Positions 1 to 10,536 of a stretch of DNA of 64,000 nucleotides are shown here, piece by piece. Position 1 is the first letter of the stretch. Every line of letters begins with the position of its first letter. Origin of the DNA: the human T2T-CHM13v2.0 reference genome, Homo sapiens; NCBI RefSeq assembly GCF_009914755.1, contig NC_060926.1. The stretch is one strand, 5' to 3'. The translations under genes were made by a program, and so were the position numbers. The notes under the pieces are model-generated. The model had not been told where the DNA came from. It did not search any database and saw only the letters and a program-made list of their open reading frames with translations.

Positions 1-883
1 TGGGCCTGCTGCTGACCTACAGGGTCTTGGCCCAGCCACACTGGGCACCTCAGCTCCTCTGTCTGCCCCATGTGATGCCCCTACTTCATTCAGTCCATAA
101 GCACTCACCAAGGCAGGTGCGGTGCGGGACACTGGACAGTGACAGATGAATAACATAGGTCTTGGCCCCCCGAGCCCATGAGCTACCAGAGATAATAAGC
201 ATCCTCACTGAGGCCACTGCTGGGTTTATGGATGCAGATGGCTGCCAGGGCCCTCCTGAGGTAGGAGGCACCCAGCTGCCCTGGTAAGAAATACAGGACT
301 GTCTTATCAAAATAACCCTCCTGTGTTCACTCTTTCATCAAGGACTTGAGTCTGTGACCTCAAAGGCATGAGGTGGCCTTGGGGCATTCTGTGGGGCTCC
401 ATGTTGGTCTCTGAGCTCTTACAAAGGCCAGCTTGACCCCCAACCCTAGGAGGCACTCTTGGCTGGGTTCTCCTTCCCACCTGGCTCCAGGCTGAGGCCG
501 TCCATTGCCAGCGTCCAGGGCTGCTGGCTGAGCAGGACACTGCTGCACTGGGCCTGGCACGCACCTCCTCTGTGCAGAGATCGAGTTGCTCTGGAGAGGT
601 GTGACATATGATGGTGAAACTTGGCAAGAGTGGCTTCAGTGACAGAAAAATACATGCCAGGTCCCTAAGCCCAACTCTGCCGAAGGCCTTCTTCCAGCCA
701 GAACCCTAGTGCCTAGTGGTGCAAAGACCTTCTCTCCACTCCACACCTTGCAGGAGCTGCAGGGCCAAGAACTGCACCTGGGTTCTCAATTTGTTTTGCA
801 AATGAGCCCTAAGGCTCACGTATATGGTTTGCCTTGTCACTTTTGGACGTTTCCATCATCCTCAACAGATAGTGATGGGTTAT

Positions 884-885
<2 letters not shown>

Positions 886-917
<32 letters not shown>
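886..917 (+). repeat. poly(A)32 tract
   Basis: 32 consecutive A residues; no Alu body immediately upstream. Confidence 0.95.
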
Positions 918-920
<3 letters not shown>

Positions 921-2884
921 GTGCGTGAGAGGAAGTGCTCTGTACTCTTCCAACTTCTGCAAGCCCGAATCTACAGTGTCGCCATGTTTCCTTCCTGCCT
1001 TCTCCAAGGAGTTCCTTGATGGCAGCAGGGAGCCAGCATCCTGCATTAGGGTGGCCTGGTCTTGCAGCTGCTTGGAGGGTGTTGGCTACGGCACTGATGT
1101 GCATTATTGTATTCAAAACTGACAGACGCAGTCACATCCTTAGCCGAGATGGAAGGCTGAGTTTACCAGTACAAGGAGAACCAAGCTCGATGCTAAATGA
1201 GGCTTTGAAGCAACAGGAACAGGTCCTTGCCCCTCAGGAGGGGAAGGGGAGCCCCCCCCAGAAACACAAGGTGATTTGGAAGAACTCAATTTACACCCTT
1301 GGCTCCCGTGGGCTGGGGGATCAGCAGAGGGCAGGATAATCCCAGCTTCTCGAGCAGATGGTTTCTGACTACCGCTTGACCCAGTTCCCTCCCAGCAGAT
1401 GACTGGCAGCGGGGCTGACAGCTCCTCCACTAGGGGAGCAAAGTGTGGACCCTCCTCCCAACCTCCTCTTCCCTCCTCCCACCAGCAAGGACACGGCGGC
1501 TTTTGCCCCTCCCTGGTGCCAGGTCAATGGGCAGGATGCTGCATCTTCTTGAAGGCTTGAAGGCAGGGAAACCTCACCCATATTCTCTCCCTTTCCACAG
1601 CCCTGTCCAGCCCAGGTGGGGCTGACAATGAGAAGGGCTGGCCAGGAACACTCCTGTGAGGGCTTGTGTTGGGGAGTGGGGGTTGTGAACTCCTTCATTG
1701 GCTTTATGGCTTCTCTCATTTCTTCATTCAATCATTACTTCAATAAGTTCTCCCTGATCATCTGCCAGGTCTGGCACCAGATAGGGCCCAGGAAGTCTGC
1801 TTCCCATGCAGGAGACAGACAAGGGAGGAGATAACAGCCAGGCACTGGGCTGAGAGCCTCACTCAGGTAAAAAACTATACAGGGCACAACCGGGTCAGGG
1901 AAGGCTTCGCCAAGGAGGAGAGACTGGGCTGACTCTGAGAGCCTGAGAATGAGTTTGTCAAGTAGCTGGTGGCTGTGGTGACGGAGACAGCCGGGTGGGC
2001 AGATGCAAGCAAAACCAGGAGGTGGCCAGCCTGGCTCAAGGCCACCATGCAGGAGGTGCTTCCCAGGAGGCAGAAGCTCCCGGGCCACAGGCTCCCAGGC
2101 AGGGCAAGGGCAACCTGATGGGAGAGCAGAGACTCTGGCCCTGGTGGAGATTCTAAGGAGGCAGAAGGGCTGCCATCTCGGGGATCCTCCTGGATCCCTG
2201 CTTCTGACTTCGGTCGGCAAACTCACACCCGCCCTAGTTTTGCCCGCCAGCTTCGGGTCGGTTCCTCCGATTGGGAGGGAGGGGGCGCTCGGCTTCCAGA
2301 CTTGCAGGCCGCCGCGGGCCTGCGGTCCCGGCCGAGCTCCACGGTGGCAGGGCTGGCCCGAGAGACTGGCGGTGGGAGGCGGGGGCAGGAGGCCACGCTC
2401 CGCCTCCGACGTCCCCGATTCCCCAATATCCTGGGAAAGCCAGGATGAACTCCCATCGTGCTTCTGCCTTGAGTCTAGCCCGTTGCGAGGGAACGGGGTA
2501 CGGCTCCGTGTCCTGTGGGCATTGTCATGCGGCCCCAGACCCGGGTGGGGGCGTGAAGAAGGACAGAGGAGCGCATTGCACTTGGGGCCCCGGACGGGTC
2601 TGAAAGTCAAGTTTCCACTGACAGTGTTCCTTGTCCGGTGGCCTGAGAACGGTGACCCTAGAACCATCCTTTATCGGGTTGTGTGAAGAGCCTGGCCCAG
2701 TTGCCTCGCTGGGCCTCCCACCCAGCCCCTGTGATACAGGTGTTACTGTCCCTTCACAGAAGAAGAGGTAGGCGATAGGAAAGGTGAGGACTCTATCCAA
2801 GGTCACTCCTGCAAAGCTGGCAGTGGCTGAGCCCGAGTGGAACCCGGGTCTGAGTGAAGCCAAAGTTTGTCTGCTGGCGAAAGT

Positions 2885-2894
2885 GGGAATTCCC
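2885..2894. promoter_or_regulatory. Palindromic NF-kappaB consensus site GGGAATTCCC
   Basis: Exact match to GGGRNYYYCC about 2 kb upstream of the INHBB ATG; occupancy untested. Confidence 0.5.
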
Positions 2895-4805
2895 TGGGGG
2901 TGGGGGTGGGGGTGGGGTACTGTAGACCCTGCCAGCCCCTCAAGCCCTGAGGCTCAGTGGCCTCCGGGCCGCGCGCCTGGGATCCCGCACAATCGGGGCG
3001 TTCCTCCTGGCCCAGCAGACGCAGCCGCTGGCCAGGCCTCCAGTGGCTACTGCCTTCCCGCCCTCCAGCTCGCAGGGTCCACGCCTCGGCCAGTGCGACG
3101 GCGGCCCGGGGAGCTGGGTGAGGGCACTGCAGCCCCAGAGCGGCAGCCGCCGGCGGAGCCTGCCTCTGGCATCCCAGGCCGCGCCGCACCCCGCTCGCCT
3201 CGCCAGGCTCGGCCGCGAGGGAGCGCCCCGGGAGGGCCGGGGGCGGCCACGGCGGCGGGAGTCGCCTCTGCTGGTTGGGGAGGGCGGCAGCTGGGACAGA
3301 GGCAGGGCCTGCGCGGCGGCGGGGAGGCGGGAGTGGGCCGGGAGGAGCGCCTGGGTCCAGCGCCTGGAACCCGTCGGTGCCGCCGGCCGCCCAGCTGGGC
3401 AAGGGTCCGGGGCGCCCACGTGGTGGGAAAGTTTCGAGGTAGCAAAAGTAGCCCGGCATTGCGGGGGGTGGGAGGGGAGAGGAGGGGAGGGGAGAGGGCC
3501 GGCTCGCCCCTCCTTCTCGGGAAGGCAGAAAGGAAAAAAGCGGTGGGAAGCAGGGGTGAGCGCGGGGAGCGGGCAGCCCCAACCTGAACAGATTCCGCTT
3601 TCTCCTCCTCCCCCCACCCCGGGAAGCTCGAGCGGGGAGGTACGGACCGTCTCCTCTCGCACGGGCAGGACGACACCCTCCCTCCCCCCCTTTTTTCTGC
3701 CAACGTCTATCTCAACGCGCGCGCACATACGGAGATTGTGCGGCTTTTTTCCCCCTTGGGAGAAAAAACGGGGAGAGTAAAAGAAGAGAGACCAAAGAGA
3801 AGAACTCCTCCTCGGCGAGCTCCGCACTCCGTGCCGCGGCCCGGCGCGGGGACGCCGCCGCCGCCCGCCCGCTCTCTCCCGGCCCTGCGGCGGGTGCCAG
3901 TACGAGCGCGAGCGAGGGCACTGCACCCGGGGACGCTGCGAGACTTTTCGGCGCTCGAGCCGACCTCGCCGCCGCCGCGGCAGGCAGAAGAGACAGGAGC
4001 GAGAAGGGCCCTGCCTCCCCCTCGCCTTCCTCGCCCGGCGCCCCGCGCCCGGCCGGGCCGCGCAGGCAGGCGGAGGGAAGGAGGGAGGCTGCGAGGAGGC
4101 GGGCGGAGCAGAGGCCCCGGCGAAGCGCGCTGCGGCCGCCCGCCCGTGGATGCGGCGCCCAGGGATCCTGGAGACAACTTTGCCGTGTGACGCGCCGGGA
4201 GGACTGCAGGGCCCGCGGCCGAGGGCTCGGCGCCGCCTGTGAGCGGGCCCGCGCGGCCGGCTCTCCCGGGCACCAAGCTTGCTCCGCGCCACTGCCCGCC
4301 GGCCCGCGGCGAGGACGACCTGCCCGTCTCCGCCGCCGGCGGCCCTTCCTGGCGCGAGGCAGTGAGGGCGAGGCGCTCAGGTGCGAGCGCGGGGCCCCGC
4401 CGCAGCGCCCGCCGCAGCGCCGCGCCAAGCCGCGCCCGGCTCCGCTCCGGGGGGCTCCAGCGCCTTCGCTTCCGTCTCAGCCAAGTTGCGTGGACCCGCT
4501 CTTTCGCCACCTTCCCCAGCCGCCGGCCGAACCGCCGCTCCCACTGACGCTGCTTTCGCTTCACCCGAACCGGGGCTGCGGGGCCCCCGACGCGGAAAGG
4601 ATGGGGAGAAGGCTGCAGATGCCGAGGCGCCCCGAGACGCCCGTGCGGCAGTGACCCGCGACCTCCGCCCCGCCCGGCGCGCCCCTCGGGCCCCCGGGGC
4701 CCTCGGCGCCCCTTCCCTGCCGCGCGGGAACCCCCGAGGCCCGGCCGGCCCCCTCCCCCTGCGAGCCGGCGGCAGCCCTCCCGGCGGGCGGGCAGGCGGA
4801 GGCCC

Positions 4806-4848
4806 GGGCGGGCGCGGGCGCGGGCGCGGGCGGGGGCGGGGCGGGGCG
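4806..4848 (+). promoter_or_regulatory. INHBB: GC-box/Sp1 cluster, (GGGCGC)n-GGGGCGGGGC, G-quadruplex-capable proximal promoter
   Basis: gggcgggcgcgggcgcgggcgcgggcgggggcggggcggggcg about 90 nt upstream of the ATG. Confidence 0.7.
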
Positions 4849-4934
4849 GCGCGCCCGGAGCCCGGAGCCCGGCCCTGCGCTCGGCTCGACTCGGCTCGCC
4901 TCGCGGCGGGCGCCCTCGTCGCCAGCGGCGCACC

Positions 4935-5382
4935 ATGGACGGGCTGCCCGGTCGGGCGCTGGGGGCCGCCTGCCTTCTGCTGCTGGCGGCCGGCTGGCTG
5001 GGGCCTGAGGCCTGGGGCTCACCCACGCCCCCGCCGACGCCTGCCGCGCCGCCGCCACCCCCGCCACCCGGATCCCCGGGTGGCTCGCAGGACACCTGTA
5101 CGTCGTGCGGCGGCTTCCGGCGGCCAGAGGAGCTCGGCCGAGTGGACGGCGACTTCCTGGAGGCGGTGAAGCGGCACATCTTGAGCCGCCTGCAGATGCG
5201 GGGCCGGCCCAACATCACGCACGCCGTGCCTAAGGCCGCCATGGTCACGGCCCTGCGCAAGCTGCACGCGGGCAAGGTGCGCGAGGACGGCCGCGTGGAG
5301 ATCCCGCACCTCGACGGCCACGCCAGCCCGGGCGCCGACGGCCAGGAGCGCGTTTCCGAAATCATCAGCTTCGCCGAGACAG
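4935..5382 (+). CDS. INHBB: Inhibin beta-B, coding exon 1 (signal peptide plus N-terminal prodomain)
   Basis: Strong Kozak accATGG; MDGLPGRALGAACLLLLAAGWLGPEAWG signal peptide, Pro-rich stretch, CTSCG, EAVKRHILSRL; donor ACAG|GTGGGT at 5382/5383; 448 nt, phase 1. Confidence 0.98.
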
Positions 5383-7843
5383 GTGGGTCCGGCCCTCCGG
5401 CTGTCTGCCGCGGTCCCCGCTCGCTCCCGCTCTCCCTCTCCTTGCTAGCTCCGGCTGCCACCGCCGCCACCGCAGCCCGCGCGCCCTGGGGCAGCCTGGA
5501 CTCCCGGCAGAGCTCCTTCGGCCGTGGCCCTGCGCGCTCCGCCCGGGTTGCAGTCCTCTTCCCCCAGGCCGCAGACCCTTGCCTGCTGCCTCAACCCCCC
5601 GCCGCCGATCGCCTGGCCCTCCACCCCTGCTCTCCGGAATCGGGCCCCAGCGCCTCTGGGCGCGCGTCCCCCTCCCGGCAGATGCGCGCGGCCCTGGCTC
5701 TGCGGGCACTTGCTTGGTGATTGCTTAATGTTTTTGTTTCCCACGATCGGAGTGTAGGCTTAGCAGTGTGGATGGAGATGTGTGTGCTTGTTGATATACG
5801 TGGGCCGGAGGAGAGAGAGAGTGTGTGTGTATCTGTGTGTGTGTCTGTGTGTGTGTGTGCCTGCGTGAGAGGCCCCTGGGGCCGCTTCCATCACCGGCGG
5901 CGTGGGCTTGCCAGGATTGCTGAAGCCTCGCTGGGGAGAGCTAGGCAACCTCTCTTCCGATTGTGTGGGCACCGGAATCGGGCGGAAGGCAGGCTTCTCA
6001 ACAGGTCCATCATTTACACAGAGAAAGCCGCGGTTCGGGGACAGCCCCGTGCCTCTCGGCTTGCCTGGCAGCTGCAGCAGACCCCTCGCCCGAGAGGCAG
6101 AGTCGTAGTTAACAAAGGGTATGGCTCCTTTCTGGAATCCGCCCCCCCCCCCGGCCCCAGATTGCAAATCTCTAACACTGTCTAAATATAAAAATCAGGG
6201 AGAGAAAAATCTTTCGGAACTTTAAAAGAAGGAGAAAAATGTGCCCGCGCCAAAATGCTGCAAGTGCTTTCGACTCCGCTGTCCTTTTCAGGACTTGAAT
6301 GAGCCAGGCTGGCTTTTGTGCCTGGAGCTCGGCCCCATTTGTGCCGAGGGGACTGCGGAGAAGGTCGCAGAGGGGGAAGCCCCGGTGCAGTTAGGGCGGG
6401 GGCAAGCGGGGAGCCTCGGTGGGGGGAGCGGTTGTGCCCCTGGCTGCAAATGCCCCCCACCCCACCAGGCAGCAGGCAGCCCGGGGATGAAAAGGGATGA
6501 AAAGTTTTGCATGGCCGGGTGTGGAGAAAAGCAGAGACAATCGGGGCTGGTTTGTGCTTAGAAAGAAATGCATTGCCGTTTTAGCTGTCCACTAAAGTGA
6601 GTCAGGGAAAGCTCGCCATGCAATTAGAGGGCTCGGATTAAAAGGTGCTTTGGGGCCCAGAGTTAGAAATGTGATTCTGGAAGGTCGAGGAGGCCTTTTG
6701 GTCCCGGTGGCACAAAATGACAGCGGGGGCTGTTATATTTCTGGTCCGTTTCACGGAGCCAGCTCTTTGACTTATAAATAACAGATTCAGGTCACAGGCA
6801 GCTCGTCCAAGACCAGCTTTTAAGGCTGCAGTTTCCCCCATTTCAAAGTCAGATGTCAGTGTTATTAGAGGAGCCAGGCGAGGCCTGAGGTAGGGGCTTG
6901 GGAGGGGCATGGTGGGAGGTTTGATAAAACCAGCCCTGACCACAGAGTTTCATTATTTGTTCTTCCTGAAAAAAAAAAAAAAAAAAAAAAGGAAAGAAAA
7001 ACGTAGATTGTCAGAGGCAAGGGTCACCGGAATGTAGGATGAGAGGGGAGTCATCTCTTGATTGGCACAGCCTCCTTCTTGTTGAGCTGAATTATTGAGA
7101 AAATTAACTAGCCAGCTCCCCTACTCCTTGGGGATTTTGAACGTGCCATTAACAGGGAGCCAGAGTCTTGTCAAAGGATTGGACCTCAAGTTTTAAGGCT
7201 GAATGTCCTGTCCCTTGAAACTATTCTATAAGGGCTAGGCTCTGCAGCCTGCAAAGCACACGTTCCTATGTCAGAAACCTGAGCAGAGCCTGCTTGTTTG
7301 CAGTGGAGGTTCCACTGGGGGTTGGATCACATCATACTTAGGTAAACACTGGAAAGAGGCGGTAGGTGGCTCAGCTTGATTTTGCAATGCGCTAAGTTAA
7401 CCAAAAAAAAAAAAAAAAAAAAAGCCCTACTAAAACCACCCACCCCAAAATCCTCCCTGCGATCCTGGTTTTGTTTTTCAGATTTCACAGATACCCATAA
7501 CAACTTGTTAAGATCTTGGCCCCCTGACAAGTTCTTCTGTTGTGCTTTGAGGCCTGACAGCCTGTCTCCAGGGAGCCCTGGCCTGGGAGAGGTGAGGCAG
7601 GATTTTATAGGCGCGGACCCTCCAGCCCCAGCCTGGTCCGGGTTTCTCAATGAGAAACGATTTTCTCTGCCTCTCCCAGGTTACAGTCAGAGGCCCTGGC
7701 CCCAAGAATGGTATTTCTGGTCAGTAACGTTTTCCAGCTGTGTGGCGAGTTGCATTCCAGCATCCTGCAGCAGAGAGTGTGTTTCCCCCATTGCCTTGTG
7801 TTCTCCTTGAATTAACTTGGCTCGCCCTTCCCCTTTTCCGCAG
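5383..7843 (+). other. INHBB: INHBB intron 1 (GT-AG, 2461 nt)
   Basis: GT at 5383; polypyrimidine tract cccttccccttttccgCAG ending at 7843; splicing restores frame ([16 protein letters not shown]). Confidence 0.95.
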
Positions 7844-8619
7844 ATGGCCTCGCCTCCTCCCGGGTCCGCCTATACTTCTTCATCTCCAACGAAGGCAACC
7901 AGAACCTGTTTGTGGTCCAGGCCAGCCTGTGGCTTTACCTGAAACTCCTGCCCTACGTCCTGGAGAAGGGCAGCCGGCGGAAGGTGCGGGTCAAAGTGTA
8001 CTTCCAGGAGCAGGGCCACGGTGACAGGTGGAACATGGTGGAGAAGAGGGTGGACCTCAAGCGCAGCGGCTGGCATACCTTCCCACTCACGGAGGCCATC
8101 CAGGCCTTGTTTGAGCGGGGCGAGCGGCGACTCAACCTAGACGTGCAGTGTGACAGCTGCCAGGAGCTGGCCGTGGTGCCGGTGTTCGTGGACCCAGGCG
8201 AAGAGTCGCACCGGCCCTTTGTGGTGGTGCAGGCTCGGCTGGGCGACAGCAGGCACCGCATTCGCAAGCGAGGCCTGGAGTGCGATGGCCGGACCAACCT
8301 CTGTTGCAGGCAACAGTTCTTCATTGACTTCCGCCTCATCGGCTGGAACGACTGGATCATAGCACCCACCGGCTACTACGGGAACTACTGTGAGGGCAGC
8401 TGCCCAGCCTACCTGGCAGGGGTCCCCGGCTCTGCCTCCTCCTTCCACACGGCTGTGGTGAACCAGTACCGCATGCGGGGTCTGAACCCCGGCACGGTGA
8501 ACTCCTGCTGCATTCCCACCAAGCTGAGCACCATGTCCATGCTGTACTTCGATGATGAGTACAACATCGTCAAGCGGGACGTGCCCAACATGATTGTGGA
8601 GGAGTGCGGCTGCGCCTGA
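7844..8619 (+). CDS. INHBB: Inhibin beta-B, coding exon 2 (rest of prodomain, furin site, mature TGF-beta-family domain)
   Basis: 776 nt; 448+776=1224 nt = 407 aa plus TGA; ends ...[16 protein letters not shown]. Confidence 0.98.
8272..8616 (+). other. INHBB: Mature beta-B chain (115 aa cystine-knot domain) after the RIRKR furin site
   Basis: RIRKR at 8257-8271 then [15 protein letters not shown]...CEGSC...SCCIP...ECGCA; 9-Cys activin pattern. Confidence 0.95.
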
Positions 8620-10428
8620 CAGTGCAAGGCAGGGGCACGGTGGTGGGGCACGGAGGGCAGTCCCGGGTGGGCTTCTTCCAGCCCCCGCGGGAACGGGGGT
8701 ACACGGTGGGCTGAGTACAGTCATTCTGTTGGGCTGTGGAGATAGTGCCAGGGTGCGGCCTGAGATATTTTTCTACAGCTTCATAGAGCAACCAGTCAAA
8801 ACCAGAGCGAGAACCCTCAACTGACATGAAATACTTTAAAATGCACACGTAGCCACGCACAGCCAGACGCATCCTGCCACCCACACAGCAGCCTCCAGGA
8901 TACCAGCAAATGGATGCGGTGACAAATGGCAGCTTAGCTACAAATGCCTGTCAGTCGGAGAGAATGGGGTGAGCAGCCACCATTCCCACCAGCTGGCCCG
9001 GCCACTCTGAATTGCGCCTTCCGAGCACACATAAAAGCACAAAGACAGAGACGCAGAGAGAGAGAGAGAGCCACGGAGAGGAAAAGCAGATGCAGGGGTG
9101 GGGAGCGCAGCTCGGCGGAGGCTGCGTGTGCCCCGTGGCTTTTACCAGGCCTGCTCTGCCTGGCTCGATGTCTGCTTCTTCCCCAGCCTGGGATCCTTCG
9201 TGCTTCAAGGCCTGGGGAGCCTGTCCTTCCATGCCCTTGTCGAGGGAAAGAGACCCAGAAAGGACACAACCCGTCAGAGACCTGGGAGCAGGGGCAATGA
9301 CCGTTTGACTGTTTGTGGCTTGGGCCTCTGACATGACTTATGTGTGTGTGTGTTTTTGGGGTGGGGAGGGAGGGAGAGAAGAGGGGGCTAAATTTGATGC
9401 TTTAACTGATCTCCAACAGTTGACAGGTCATCCTTGCCAGTTGTATAACTGAAAAAGGACTTTTCTACCAGGTATGACCTTTTAAGTGAAAATCTGAATT
9501 GTTCTAAATGGAAAGAAAAAAAGTTGCAATCTGTGCCCTTCATTGGGGACATTCCTCTAGGACTGGTTTGGGGACGGGTGGGAATGACCCCTAGGCAAGG
9601 GGATGAGACCGCAGGAGGAAATGGCGGGGAGGAGGCATTCTTGAACTGCTGAGGATGGGGGGTGTCCCCTCAGCGGAGGCCAAGGGAGGGGAGCAGCCTA
9701 GTTGGTCTTGGAGAGATGGGGAAGGCTTTCAGCTGATTTGCAGAAGTTGCCCATGTGGGCCCCAGCCATCAGGGCTGGCCGTGGACGTGGCCCCTGCCCA
9801 CTCACCTGCCCGCCTGCCCGCCCGCCCGCATAGCACTTGCAGACCTGCCTGAACGCACATGACATAGCACTTGCCGATCTGCGTGTGTCCAGAAGTGGCC
9901 CTTGGCCGAGCGCCGAACTCGCTCGCCCTCTAGATGTCCAAGTGCCACGTGAACTATGCAATTTAAAGGGTTGACCCACACTAGACGAAACTGGACTCGT
10001 ACGACTCTTTTTATATTTTTTATACTTGAAATGAAATCCTTTGCTTCTTTTTTAAGCGAATGATTGCTTTTAATGTTTGCACTGATTTAGTTGCATGATT
10101 AGTCAGAAACTGCCATTTGAAAAAAAGTTATTTTTATAGCAGCAAAAAAAAAAAAAAAAAGAATACAGTTAAATGTATTATACATAATTTTGGAACCAAA
10201 GAGGCCAACAGATCAGTTTTAATTTTATTAGACGGTGAGGCCATCTGAGATGAGGTGGACGTTCTGAGCAGTCCCTTGAGTGGCCTGCCAACGTTTCAGG
10301 GTATGAATGGATTTTGTTTATTCGGTTTGATGTGTCTTTTCCATCCTTACACACCCAGAAGGTAGAGTAAAAATGACTATGATAGAATGCAGGTGTGTAT
10401 CCTTAAATCCTCATCTTTATGTTTATTT

Positions 10429-10434
10429 AATAAA
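10429..10434 (+). terminator. INHBB: Proximal polyadenylation signal AATAAA
   Basis: tttatttAATAAAgctccc in U-rich context. Confidence 0.55.
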
Positions 10435-10530
10435 GCTCCCCTTAGATTCTGTTTCATAATAATTTAAAACCAAACAATTTTCCCATAGACTTGCTGTTAA
10501 AGTATTGTACGTTTGTGTACAGTTTAAGAA

Positions 10531-10536
10531 AATAAA
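10531..10536 (+). terminator. INHBB: Distal polyadenylation signal AATAAA
   Basis: Preceded by two TGTA elements (ttgtac, gtgtac); GT-containing sequence downstream; composition switches to GC-rich afterwards. Confidence 0.75.

Larger units (their letters stand above)
2950..5720. promoter_or_regulatory. INHBB: CpG island covering the INHBB promoter, exon 1 and start of intron 1
   Basis: Very high GC and dense CpG; no TATA box upstream of the ATG; smaller CpG-rich patch also at ~2200-2650; edges approximate. Confidence 0.9.

Noticed and set aside
886-917. A32 tract as the tail of a processed pseudogene
   Set aside because: No upstream ORF homology, polyA signal or target-site duplication visible
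1735-5470. Many long overlapping ORFs (up to 587 aa) on both strands
   Set aside because: Stop codons are rare in a CpG island; products are Arg/Gly/Pro/Ala low-complexity, many use non-ATG starts, and none has a recognisable domain
5383-5720. 261-aa ORF continuing INHBB exon 1
   Set aside because: Read-through past the splice donor into intron 1; homology ends at FAET
7953-8724. Antisense ORFs over exon 2
   Set aside because: Shadow ORFs caused by GC3-rich codon usage
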